A stretch of DNA of 64,000 nucleotides from a virus. Below the pieces are notes generated by a model, which was not told where the DNA came from, did not search any database, and worked only from the letters and a program-made list of their open reading frames with translations. Positions 1-8,779 of the stretch are shown one piece after another (the stretch's first letter is position 1; the number at the start of each line of letters is the position of its first letter). The stretch covers positions 15,595-79,594 of IMG/VR virus record IMGVR_UViG_3300044726_000013; one strand, given 5' to 3'. Both the position numbers and the translations under genes were made by a program.

Positions 1-1
1 T

Positions 2-172
2 GACGGCAGCGTGTGGACCCAAGACATGACTGACGTTGAGAAGCTGGTGGCGCTGGGCATAGCCAGCGGGCTGGCCAGCTTCTGCGCGCCGCGTGACAAG
101 TGGGACCGGCTGCCCGGTGGCCTGCCCTACGTCAGGGTGGAAATCACAAGATTTGGTGTGAGCGTCAATTGA
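2..172 (+). CDS. 3' end of a hypothetical protein (truncated by the window edge)
   Basis: Open frame 2 (DGSVWTQDMTDVEKLVALG...LPGGLPYVRVE...VSVN*). Its TGA overlaps the ATG of the next gene. Confidence 0.6.
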   Translation, partial: DGSVWTQDMTDVEKLVALGIASGLASFCAPRDKWDRLPGGLPYVRVEITRFGVSVN

Positions 173-1686
173 TGGAAATTGTACTTGGCCCGCCCGGCAC
201 TGGCAAGACTACCTACCTACTCAACCAGATGGAGCAGGAACTTGGCCGGGGCCTGCGGCCTGAGCGCATAGGCTTTGTCAGCTTCACCCGGCGCGCCACG
301 CAAGAGGCCAAGGACCGGGCCAAGGCCAAGTTTGGGTTTGTCTCACACCAGTTGCCGTGGATGCGCACGCTGCACAGCCTGTGCTTCAGGGCACTGGGTA
401 TGGACAAGGCTGAAGTGCTTGAGGGCAAGAAGCTAAAGGAATTTGGTCTGCACATAGGCGCGCCCATCACCGGGTTTGTCTCACTGGATGAAGGCACCAC
501 CTTTGGCTTTCAGACAGGTGACCGCTGCCTATTCATGGATAACCTTGCGCGGGTGCAGTGCATACCGCTGCGCCAACAATATGATGCGGACCCTGACGGC
601 CTGACTTGGCGGGTGGTTGACCACTTCTCACGGGGGCTGGCTGAGTACAAGAGCGCGCACGGTCTAAAGGACTACACTGACATGCTTGCCCAGTTTGTTC
701 AGCAGGGCTGGTCAACCAAACTTGACGCCCTGTTTGTGGATGAGGCGCAAGACCTGAGCGCCCTGCAATGGCAGGTGGTCAGCGTGCTGGCCAGAGGCGT
801 TGGGCGCGTGGTGGTGGCCGGTGATGATGATCAGGCTATCTACCACTGGGCCGGGGCGGCGGTAGAGCATTTCATAGGGCTACAGGGCAGCACGGTGACC
901 GTGCTTGACCATAGCTGGCGCGTGCCGCCTGAGGTGCAGGCCGTGGCCAACAACATCATAGGCCGCGTCACCTACCGGCGTGACAAGAAGTGGAACCCGC
1001 GTGACGGCACCGGCAAGGTGGTGCGGGTGGGTACGCTGGATGAGGCTGACATTGACGTGGGTGAAGACACGCTGATCCTTGCCCGCAACACGTGCTTTCT
1101 GCGTGATGACGCCATGCGCCTGCTACAGGCCAGAGGCATACTGTACGAGTACAAGGGCGGCGTCAGCGTCAAGCAGTCACTGGTTGACGCCATTGTGGCG
1201 TGGGAGCGCCTGCGCCGTGGCGGTGAGGTGATGGTTGAGACTGCCGTCAAGATTTATGACGTGATGACGGCGGGCACCGGCTACCGGCGTGGCTTCAAGA
1301 AGCTGACCGCGTGGGCGGACCATGAGCAACTGGTTACCCTGCAAGACCTTAAGGAGGCAGGCGGTCTGCTGACTGACGCCCCTTGGCATCAGGCGCTGAC
1401 CCGCTTGACTGTGGATGAACGCATCTACATGCTCAAGGTCTTGCAGCACGGCCAGAAGCTGACAGAGCCCACCAAGATCAGGCTCAGCACCATTCACGGG
1501 GCCAAGGGCGCGCAGGCCGATCACGTCATTGTGTTGACTGACAGGGCGTGGCGCAGTTTCAAGGAGGGTGAACGCCTGCCTGATGATGAGGCCCGCACAT
1601 GGTATGTGGCGGTGACGCGGGCCAAGCACAAACTAACGATAGTTTCTGACCTTCTCACCTACCGGAGCAAGAATTACCCCATCTAA
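172..1686 (+). CDS. UvrD/Rep-like superfamily 1 DNA helicase
   Basis: Walker A GPPGTGKT, VDEAQD, AGDDDQAIY, SWRVP, STIHGAKGAQAD, YVAVTRAK. Start placed at ATG 172 (TGATG coupling). Confidence 0.92.
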   Translation: MEIVLGPPGTGKTTYLLNQMEQELGRGLRPERIGFVSFTRRATQEAKDRAKAKFGFVSHQLPWMRTLHSLCFRALGMDKAEVLEGKKLKEFGLHIGAPITGFVSLDEGTTFGFQTGDRCLFMDNLARVQCIPLRQQYDADPDGLTWRVVDHFSRGLAEYKSAHGLKDYTDMLAQFVQQGWSTKLDALFVDEAQDLSALQWQVVSVLARGVGRVVVAGDDDQAIYHWAGAAVEHFIGLQGSTVTVLDHSWRVPPEVQAVANNIIGRVTYRRDKKWNPRDGTGKVVRVGTLDEADIDVGEDTLILARNTCFLRDDAMRLLQARGILYEYKGGVSVKQSLVDAIVAWERLRRGGEVMVETAVKIYDVMTAGTGYRRGFKKLTAWADHEQLVTLQDLKEAGGLLTDAPWHQALTRLTVDERIYMLKVLQHGQKLTEPTKIRLSTIHGAKGAQADHVIVLTDRAWRSFKEGERLPDDEARTWYVAVTRAKHKLTIVSDLLTYRSKNYPI

Positions 1687-1691
1687 GGGGT

Positions 1692-1722
1692 GCTTTACAT
1701 TTGATGGAACGGAGTGTACAGC
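1692..1722 (+). promoter_or_regulatory. Putative sigma70-type promoter (GCTTTACA -35 box)
   Basis: Intergenic GCTTTACA-N17-TACAGC. The same box recurs about 12 times upstream of genes. Confidence 0.6.
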
Positions 1723-1769
1723 TAAGTGTCGAGCGGACACTTGACTGCAACAGTAAAAGGAAGACTAAA

Positions 1770-2183
1770 ATGGCTGTAACGCGTAAACGGATTGATGAGA
1801 ATGCCATCATCACCGTACTGGCTGAAGACAACCCCAAGCGTGAGGGCTCTGCCGCCCGCGCCCGGTTTGACCTGTACCGTGATGGCATGACCGTCAGGGA
1901 GGCCAAGGCCAATGGCCTGTGGGCCACTGACATTGCCTATGACAGCGACCCCGGCCGCAACTTCATCAGGCTGACAACGGCTGACGGTGAGGACGCCACC
2001 CCGGCACCCAAGGCCAAGAAGGCCAAGAGCGCCAAGAAGGTGGCCAAGAAGGTGGCCAAGAAGGTGGCCAAGAAGGTGGCCAAAAAGGCCGCCAAGAAGC
2101 GGGTCAAAAAGCAACCCGAGCCTGAGGTGGCAGTTGACCCTGAGGCTGAGGGAACTGAGACTGACGCCATGGCCGCTGAGTAA
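1770..2183 (+). CDS. NPK-domain protein with a histone-H1-like KKVA repeat tail (putative DNA-binding protein)
   Basis: NPKREGSAARARFDLYRDGMTV...DIAYD...FIRL, then AKKVAKKVAKKVAKK and an acidic end. AAGGAAG RBS before ATG 1770. Confidence 0.75.
   Translation: MAVTRKRIDENAIITVLAEDNPKREGSAARARFDLYRDGMTVREAKANGLWATDIAYDSDPGRNFIRLTTADGEDATPAPKAKKAKSAKKVAKKVAKKVAKKVAKKAAKKRVKKQPEPEVAVDPEAEGTETDAMAAE
2030..2099 (+). repeat. 12-bp coding tandem repeat (GCCAAGAAGGTG)n
   Basis: About four perfect copies plus degenerate ones, encoding AKKV. Confidence 0.9.
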
Positions 2184-2212
2184 AGCGGCGGCAACCGGGG
2201 GAGCCCTGAGGC

Positions 2213-3055
2213 ATGCGCGTTGAAGACATCTGGGTGTTCGCCCAAAAGCGGCACTACATCTACCTGAGACGCACAGCCGGGGCACCCCCGGAAACGTGGA
2301 CTGATGACCCCATTCTGAAGACCTACCGCTTCTGCAACATGTACCGTGAACTTGACACCGTGACCGATTGGTTGCGGGTCAACTGGCGTGAGCCGCACGC
2401 TGACCACCCTGACCTGTGGCACGCCTTTGTGGTGGCCCGGCACATCAACAACGTGCCCATGCTGACTGCGCTGGGCGGCATCACGCTGCCGTGGGACCCC
2501 GGCCATTTCATTGACGTGGGCATGGCCCGCAAGCAGGCTGGTGAGCGCGTCTGGTCTGCCGCCTACATCATTGGCACCCGCACGCCCGGTGACAAGTGCA
2601 TCTACATTGCCGATAACGTGCTGACGCCCATGTGGCGCAAGCGTGACAAGATCAGGCCGCAACAGGGTGACACGCTGACCAGTTGGCACATGCAGCTTGG
2701 CCTATGGTTCGGCATGGCCAGCTTCATGGCGGCGCAGGTGATTGCGGATATCAAGCACGCCACCCCGGCGCTGAAGAACGCTGGTGACTGGCACACCTTC
2801 TGCGCCAGCGGGCCGGGCAGCCGCCGTGGGCTCAACCGCATCTTTGAGCGTGACAAGAATGCGCCTTGGCGTGAAGATGACTTCAGGCTGAAGCTGCTGA
2901 GCCTGAGGCAGGAACTGGCACCCATGTTTGCCGCCAGCGGCTGGGCTATACCTGACGCGCAAGACGTGCAGAACATGCTGTGTGAGTTTGACAAGTACGA
3001 GCGCACCCGGCTGGGTGAGGGCAAACCCAAGCAACTGTTCAGAGGTGGATCATGA
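2213..3055 (+). CDS. aGPT-Pplase1 / '5-hmdU DNA kinase helical domain' family protein (thymine hypermodification)
   Basis: WTDDPILKTYRFCNMYRELD, FMAAQVIAD, GPGSRRGLNR and QNMLCEFDKY match the hallmark motifs of this family. Confidence 0.85.
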   Translation: MRVEDIWVFAQKRHYIYLRRTAGAPPETWTDDPILKTYRFCNMYRELDTVTDWLRVNWREPHADHPDLWHAFVVARHINNVPMLTALGGITLPWDPGHFIDVGMARKQAGERVWSAAYIIGTRTPGDKCIYIADNVLTPMWRKRDKIRPQQGDTLTSWHMQLGLWFGMASFMAAQVIADIKHATPALKNAGDWHTFCASGPGSRRGLNRIFERDKNAPWREDDFRLKLLSLRQELAPMFAASGWAIPDAQDVQNMLCEFDKYERTRLGEGKPKQLFRGGS

Positions 3056-3360
3056 CCCGCAGCAACACCACATGGCACGCACACAAGCTGTTCAAGCGTC
3101 GGTACAAGAAAAGGCCCAAGTGATTTTGCCCAAGTACGACTGGCACAGCGCAGATGATGATTATGAGCCGTTGCCCGTGCCGGGCATGGGTGCGTTCTGG
3201 TTTGGCGCGCTGGTGGGCGCGCTGATTGAGGCTGGGCTGATACTGGTATTCGCTTTCATCTTCTGGGTGCTGTGATGAATATGACGCCTGAGCGGTTGGG
3301 TGCCTATCTGGTGGCGGTGGTGGTGGTGCTGGCATTGCTGGTGTGGTTTGGAGTGATCTG

Positions 3361-3561
3361 ATGATGCCTGAGCGGTTGACGGATTGGTTTGACTGGCCCG
3401 GTGGCCCGGTGCCGCCCATGCCACCTGAGACGGCGGTGGTGGTGAAGTTCCGTGACGGGCTTGAGGGCCGGGCGCGCAAGGTCAAGAGCCTGCGGTGGGA
3501 TCACGTCAATAGCCCTGATGACGTGGTGGCCTACCGCTACTGGGTGAGGGTTGATGGCTGA
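3361..3561 (+). CDS. Small hypothetical protein
   Basis: WFDWPGGPVP...VKFRDG...LRWDH...DVVAYR, a motif pattern common in small phage proteins. Confidence 0.6.
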   Translation: MMPERLTDWFDWPGGPVPPMPPETAVVVKFRDGLEGRARKVKSLRWDHVNSPDDVVAYRYWVRVDG

Positions 3562-3784
3562 GGCTGAAGATGCTTCAGTGGAAGCGGCGCACACCAAGGC
3601 CACCCTTGAGGTGCTGAGGGCCGTCTGGACCATTGCCAAGCGGCATCAGGTCTGCGCCTCATGCCTGATGTTCAACGCCGCGTCACAGGTGAGGCTGGCG
3701 CTTGATGATGGTGACATAGACCACGGGCCGCCTGACATTGACGAAGAGTTTGAAATAGTGGGTGAATTTCGTACTGACCACTAA
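3554..3784 (+). CDS. Hypothetical protein
   Basis: Overlaps the upstream stop codon; CxxC motif and acidic tail. Confidence 0.55.
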   Translation: MAEAEDASVEAAHTKATLEVLRAVWTIAKRHQVCASCLMFNAASQVRLALDDGDIDHGPPDIDEEFEIVGEFRTDH

Positions 3785-3789
3785 ATATC

Positions 3790-3821
3790 GCTTTACAATC
3801 AGGCATGAAGGATGCTACTTA
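3790..3821 (+). promoter_or_regulatory. Putative promoter (GCTTTACA ... TGCTACTT)
   Basis: Repeated -35 box with a GCTA-type -10 element, intergenic. Confidence 0.65.
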
Positions 3822-3853
3822 GGGGACTCAACCAACCCCTCTGGAGCCAACCC

Positions 3854-4249
3854 ATGTTTGAACTTTTTAGCACTACCCTCTACCCCCACCTTGATGCCCG
3901 CACCGCCAACTGGGTCATCGCCTTTGATGAAGACGGGCGCTACTACGTAGACCACACGCCCGGCTCTGACTTCTGGGTGCCGGTGCCCTACGCCTACGCC
4001 ACCCGTGAGGGCGCTGAGGCTGGCATTGCCGCCATCAAGGCGTGGGAGGCCCCTGTGGCCGCTGGTGAAGACGTGCTGAGCCTTGAGGCCCTGCGCGCCA
4101 CGCCAGAGTGGGCGGCGCTGCTGACCCACGTGCACATGCGCCAAGCCATAGTGCCTGACCTGAGCGTGTTTGATTTCAACGTGGAAATCATGCCCGGTGC
4201 CTATGACCACTACCGCGCCATCACCCTTGCTGGCGCGCAAGTGCTGTAA
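3854..4249 (+). CDS. Hypothetical protein
   Basis: GGAG RBS before ATG 3854, directly downstream of a promoter box. Confidence 0.65.
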   Translation: MFELFSTTLYPHLDARTANWVIAFDEDGRYYVDHTPGSDFWVPVPYAYATREGAEAGIAAIKAWEAPVAAGEDVLSLEALRATPEWAALLTHVHMRQAIVPDLSVFDFNVEIMPGAYDHYRAITLAGAQVL

Positions 4250-4282
4250 CCATCAACCCTGAAACCAAGAAGGACCAAGACC

Positions 4283-4555
4283 ATGAATAACGACCGCCGC
4301 AAGAGCATCAGCAAGCTGCATGACGAACTTGACACGCTCAAGAGCGCGCTTGAGGATTTGCGTGACCAGATAGACACCCTGAAGGGTGAAGAGGAAGACG
4401 GCTTCAACAACCTGCCTGAGGGCCTGCAACAGGCTGAGCGTGGGCAGGCCATGGAAGAGGCCACCAACCAGCTTCAGACCGCCTATGACGCCGCTGACAG
4501 CGCCGTCAGCAGTCTGGATGAGGCCCTGACCGCCCTTGATGACGCGGGGGTCTGA
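4283..4555 (+). CDS. Conserved acidic coiled-coil phage protein
   Basis: MNNDRRK...EEEDGFNNLPEGLQQAERGQAMEEA; AGGA RBS. Confidence 0.75.
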   Translation: MNNDRRKSISKLHDELDTLKSALEDLRDQIDTLKGEEEDGFNNLPEGLQQAERGQAMEEATNQLQTAYDAADSAVSSLDEALTALDDAGV

Positions 4556-4556
4556 G

Positions 4557-4841
4557 ATGCGCAACGCCATGATCAACCCTGTGCCGAACCTGAACGGCAA
4601 CAGCAGTGAGAGCCTGCTGAAACAACTGGGTGGCGTGCTGACCGCCCTGCATGACCTTGAGAAGGCCATGCGGGGTGCCAGCGACTGCTACCACGGGCGC
4701 AACTTTCAGACCGTGAGGTTTAGCGTTGAGAGCCAACAGGCCGCCCAGCGGGCGTGGCATGAGCGCTTTGAGTGGCTGAGCCAGTTTGAGCGTGAGATTG
4801 AAGACATGAGGCTGGCAATCCAGCAGAAAGAAGGCATGTAA
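4557..4841 (+). CDS. Hypothetical protein
   Basis: Tightly packed ORF with TAATG coupling to the next gene. Confidence 0.65.
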   Translation: MRNAMINPVPNLNGNSSESLLKQLGGVLTALHDLEKAMRGASDCYHGRNFQTVRFSVESQQAAQRAWHERFEWLSQFEREIEDMRLAIQQKEGM

Positions 4842-5170
4842 TGTGGATTTGTTTCAACAACGCGTTTGTCAGCGTGGTACAAGACAGGGATAAGCCCGGC
4901 TACTTGCTGGTGCGCGCCCGGCGCAAGGCGCACCTGACCAAGCTGTTCCCCAAGGCCAAGATCACCGAGACACCCAAGCGTGACTACCGCTGGCGCGTCA
5001 GCGTGCCCCCCCTCTACATGGCCGATCTAGTGGCCAAGCACATCATAGGCATTGACTACGGCAACTTCAAAGACAGCGTGAAGGAAGACGCCCTGCATGA
5101 CATGTACAGCCTCTGGTGGGGTGACCATCACCGCTACCAGACCGACCGGCACCGGCAGAAGTGGGGGTGA
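4841..5170 (+). CDS. Conserved hypothetical phage protein
   Basis: MWICFNNAFVSVV...LLVRARR...DYRWR...IDYGNFK pattern. Confidence 0.75.
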   Translation: MWICFNNAFVSVVQDRDKPGYLLVRARRKAHLTKLFPKAKITETPKRDYRWRVSVPPLYMADLVAKHIIGIDYGNFKDSVKEDALHDMYSLWWGDHHRYQTDRHRQKWG

Positions 5171-5201
5171 GCGATTTTTCTTCAGCGGGGTCCATTTAGG
5201 T

Positions 5202-5233
5202 GCTTTACAGGGCCGTCGCATATGGGCTATACG
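5202..5233 (+). promoter_or_regulatory. Putative promoter (GCTTTACA-N18-TATACG)
   Basis: Repeated -35 box followed by GGCTATAC. Confidence 0.65.
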
Positions 5234-5280
5234 AGATGTACCGGGGCGCTGGTGCCCCGGCACATTTTGAGGTTTTCACC

Positions 5281-6894
5281 ATGACCACCACCAAAGTTTT
5301 TACCCCGTCACCTGAACAGGCCGTGTTTCTTGACTGGATTTCTAACGGCAAGGGCTCTTGCGTGCTTGAGGCGGTTGCCGGTGCGGGCAAGACCACCACG
5401 CTGCTTGAAGGCGTCAAGCGCATGCAGGGTGAGGTTTTTCTGGGTGCCTACAACACCAAGATGGCTGCTGAGTTGAAGCAGAAGCTGGCGGCCATGGGCC
5501 TGCCCAACAAGGGCGCTGACGGCAAGAACGCCGCCACGTTTCACTCTGCGGGCATGAGCGCCCTGCGCAGCGCCAACAAGGCCATTCAGGTCAATGACAA
5601 GAAGGTGCGTGATCTGGTTGACGGTCTGGTCAAGAGCCAGAGCGGCGTCTTTGCCGTGCGTGACGCGGCTGACGGTGAAATCACCGCCATCTGCCAGTTG
5701 GTCGGCCTTGCCAAGCAGACCGGCTTTGGCGTTGACAATCTGGTGCCCAACGTGAAGCCCGCCTACTGGGTTGAACTGATCAACCGCCATGACGTGGCTG
5801 ACCGTCTGCCCGATGATTACAACGTGGCTGATCTGGTGACCACCGCTGAGCGGGTGCTGGCGCTGAGCAACGCTGACCGTGACACCATTGATTTTGATGA
5901 CATGTGCTACCTGCCGCTGTTGCGCCGCCTGCGCTTTTGGCCCAAGGATTGGGTGCTGATTGATGAGGCGCAAGACACCAACGCCGTGCGCCGTGAGATT
6001 GCCCGCAAGATGCTGCGCCCGCATACCGGCCGCCTGATTGCCGTGGGTGATCCCCATCAGGCCATTTTTGGCTTCACGGGCGCTGATAACCAGAGCCTTG
6101 ATCTGATCCGCAAGCTGTTCAACGCCAGCACGCTGGCGCTGAGCGTTAGCTGGCGCTGCCCGTCTGCGGTGGTTGCGGTGGCGCGTGAGTACGTCAGCCA
6201 CATTCAGCCCGCGCCTACCGCGCCTGAGGGTGTGGTGCGCTCTGCCACCTACCGCCAGATGGTTGACACCATTCAGCCCGGTCAGGCGGTACTGTGCCGC
6301 ACCAATGCGCCGCTGATTGAATTGTGCTTCAGGTTGATCCGTGAAGGCAAGCCCGCCAAGATTGAGGGCCGGTCTATTGGTGACGGTCTGGTGGCGCTGG
6401 TTGGCCGCTGGAAGGTCAAGGGCCTTGATGCCTTTGAAGGCAAGCTGACCAAGTGGAACCTGCGTGAGACGGCCAAGCTGGCTGGCGCGCCCAAGGTTGA
6501 TGAGGCCAAGATTGCCCGCCATGAAGACAAGTACGCCACCATTCTGGTGCTGCTTGAGCGTGCCCGTGAGCGTGGTTTGCAGACGGTGGCTGAGATGCAG
6601 GCCATGGTGCAGGGCATGTTCTCTGACACGGCGCTTGAAGGCCAGACGGCCAATCTGGTGGTGCTGTCTAGCGTGCACAAGAGCAAGGGGTTGGAGTGGC
6701 CGGTGGTGCACATTCTGGGCCGTGGTGACATCATGCCCAGCCCGCGCGCCAAGCAAGATTGGCAGATCGAGCAGGAAATCAACCTCTGCTACGTGGCGGT
6801 GACTAGGGCGCAAGAGGTGCTGGTTGACGTGCCCATGCCTACCCCGGAAGACCTGAAGCCCACCCAGAAGCCGGTTGAGGGGGTGGCGGCATGA
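5281..6894 (+). CDS. Second UvrD-like SF1 helicase
   Basis: AVAGAGKTT, IDEAQD, VGDPHQAIFGFTGA, SWRCP, SSVHKSKGLEW, YVAVTRA. Confidence 0.92.
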   Translation: MTTTKVFTPSPEQAVFLDWISNGKGSCVLEAVAGAGKTTTLLEGVKRMQGEVFLGAYNTKMAAELKQKLAAMGLPNKGADGKNAATFHSAGMSALRSANKAIQVNDKKVRDLVDGLVKSQSGVFAVRDAADGEITAICQLVGLAKQTGFGVDNLVPNVKPAYWVELINRHDVADRLPDDYNVADLVTTAERVLALSNADRDTIDFDDMCYLPLLRRLRFWPKDWVLIDEAQDTNAVRREIARKMLRPHTGRLIAVGDPHQAIFGFTGADNQSLDLIRKLFNASTLALSVSWRCPSAVVAVAREYVSHIQPAPTAPEGVVRSATYRQMVDTIQPGQAVLCRTNAPLIELCFRLIREGKPAKIEGRSIGDGLVALVGRWKVKGLDAFEGKLTKWNLRETAKLAGAPKVDEAKIARHEDKYATILVLLERARERGLQTVAEMQAMVQGMFSDTALEGQTANLVVLSSVHKSKGLEWPVVHILGRGDIMPSPRAKQDWQIEQEINLCYVAVTRAQEVLVDVPMPTPEDLKPTQKPVEGVAA

Positions 6895-7060
6895 AAAGCA
6901 ACTTCACCTACGCCCAGAGCCAGAGGATGACCACCGCTGAGGTGGTCATTCTGCTGACCGTCAGCTTTGGCTGCTGGTTTACCGATCACCGGGCGGCGGC
7001 CATTGTGTTCTTGGCTTTGGCGGCGCTGTCACTGAACTGCCATTTCAGGAGAACCTACAA

Positions 7061-8071
7061 ATGAAAGCCCCCAAGCGCCAGCCGCTGCTGAGTGACATGC
7101 TACTACAGCAGACCCGCAGCCCCTACGACCCGCCGCGCCAGAGCATGCTGACGGCCAAGCGGTTTGACTTTGACGTGCCTGCCTCAGAGTTCGTGGGCAA
7201 GCTGCTGAACAAGACAGCCCGGCTGATCTTGCGTGAACAGGAGTTTGCCCGGCAGCCCTACCCGCAGACGTGGGTTGAACTTGACGCCAGCGCCTACAGC
7301 GCGGGCCTGATGGGCGCGGTTGAGGGCAACCCTGAGACGGCCGACACCAAGTTTGGCTTCCTGTATGACCGGGGCACGGTTCACGGCGGCACGGTCTATT
7401 GCGGCGCGGCCAGCAAGTGGGGCTGCAACTGGTCACCGTTCAAGATCATGCTGCACAAGCCCATGTCATTTGAGGATGAGATGGCGCTGGCCACCCAAAC
7501 GGGGCATTCCCGGTTGACCCTGCGCCAAGCCCTGATTGGCTACGCTGAACACATGCATGACCCATGGTGGCATAGCGATGAGGCCAAGAGCCTTGTGCGC
7601 AGCCACACCTACGTGCCCGCGCCCGGTCTGAGCATGGAACAGAACAGGGGCATCTTGCAACAGCATCAGGGCGTGCTGAAACAGGTGCTGGCCATGCTGC
7701 TGATCTTGACCCGACCGGGACGCCGCGTGCTGACCATCACTGATGAAGGCCACCAGCGCATGATATGGAAGGGCAAGAGCATAGTTCTGGCCAAGCACAG
7801 CGTGGTCAGGCTGCATATTGACCAGAGCGTGGCCATACGGCGGTTTATCAGCGGCGTGCATACAGGCTTGCACAGAAGGCTGCACGATGTCAGAGGTCAT
7901 TGGGCGCAGACGCGCCGCCACCAGAACGCCTGCACGCACGTGTGGGACCCGGTTGACGTTGACCACTACCGCTGCCTGCGGTGTGAGGCCAAGCGGTGGT
8001 GGCGCAAGAACCACAGCAGGGGCCTGCCTGAGGTGGGCACCATTGTTAAGGAATATGAGGTGAGCAAGTGA
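7061..8071 (+). CDS. Hypothetical protein with a C-terminal HxxRGH motif and Cys-containing loop
   Basis: LHDVRGHWAQ...C..CLRC...WWRKNHSRG; AGGAG RBS. Confidence 0.75.
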   Translation: MKAPKRQPLLSDMLLQQTRSPYDPPRQSMLTAKRFDFDVPASEFVGKLLNKTARLILREQEFARQPYPQTWVELDASAYSAGLMGAVEGNPETADTKFGFLYDRGTVHGGTVYCGAASKWGCNWSPFKIMLHKPMSFEDEMALATQTGHSRLTLRQALIGYAEHMHDPWWHSDEAKSLVRSHTYVPAPGLSMEQNRGILQQHQGVLKQVLAMLLILTRPGRRVLTITDEGHQRMIWKGKSIVLAKHSVVRLHIDQSVAIRRFISGVHTGLHRRLHDVRGHWAQTRRHQNACTHVWDPVDVDHYRCLRCEAKRWWRKNHSRGLPEVGTIVKEYEVSK

Positions 8072-8213
8072 AGGAGATTGAACTGTCACGTACACCCATC
8101 AAGCCTGACGTACTCATTGCATGGCTCAAGGAAGCCGGTAAGGGTGGCGTCACGCCCAAGGGCATGCGGCGGCTCTGCCTTGAGGCGGCACGCGCTCTGG
8201 AGGACGCTAAGCC

Positions 8214-8495
8214 ATGAAGCCCATCTGTCTGAAGTGCCAGCGGTTCTACCGGCCCAAGCACAACGGCTACGCCTTCATCGAGGGCATGCCGCTGGGCGCG
8301 TCACCGCCCGGCACCGAGTACCCTGAAGGCTGGGTGCCGTACAAGCTGTGGATTGGTGACCTGTGGCAGTGCAAGGGCTGCGGCCATGAGTTGGTGTCCG
8401 GCGTGGCGCGCCTGCCGCGCGCAGAGCATTATGAGCCAGACTTTGAAGAGAAGGTGAAAAGCTATGGACCCTTGGTTCAAATTAACGACTGCTGA
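8214..8495 (+). CDS. Small zinc-ribbon protein
   Basis: CLKC...CKGC; GGAGG RBS. Confidence 0.7.
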   Translation: MKPICLKCQRFYRPKHNGYAFIEGMPLGASPPGTEYPEGWVPYKLWIGDLWQCKGCGHELVSGVARLPRAEHYEPDFEEKVKSYGPLVQINDC

Positions 8496-8718
8496 GCGGC
8501 GGCGCGCTGAGCGGGCGGCGCACAAGTTCAGTGATGACATAGGCGGGCACGCCAGCAACTACCGCCAGACCGTGCCGCCCATGGTGCACACCAACATCAA
8601 GGATCACAGTGATGTGCGTGACGCCACAACCGAAAAACCGCTGGCACCAAAACCTGACCGATGTTAGGTTCAGGGGTAGCAGGGCCTGTAGGGGTACGGG
8701 AGTAACAGGCTCTGCAAC

Positions 8719-8761
8719 GGCGGCCCGTGGCATTGGCTGGTCACGGGCCGCCTGTTTATTT
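8719..8761 (+). terminator. Intrinsic terminator-like hairpin just upstream of the inositol synthase RBS
   Basis: GGCGGCCCGTG / CACGGGCCGCC 11-bp stem followed by TGTTTATTT. Confidence 0.65.
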
Positions 8762-8779
8762 CAACACAGTGAGGGTTTC

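Noticed and set aside
100-171. ORF-track start of the helicase at 100
   Set aside because: It overlaps the upstream gene. ATG 172 is coupled to that gene's stop and directly precedes Walker A.
5308-6813. Long antisense ORFs (e.g. 501 aa at 5308-6813, 495 aa at 44116-45603, 375 aa at 28199-29326)
   Set aside because: They are shadows of well-supported genes on the opposite strand in GC-rich DNA and have no recognisable motifs.
8609-8779. 57-aa N-terminal extension of Ino1 in the ORF track
   Set aside because: Homology begins at MRKIRVAIVG (ATG 8780, with an RBS), and the extension runs through hairpins and a terminator.
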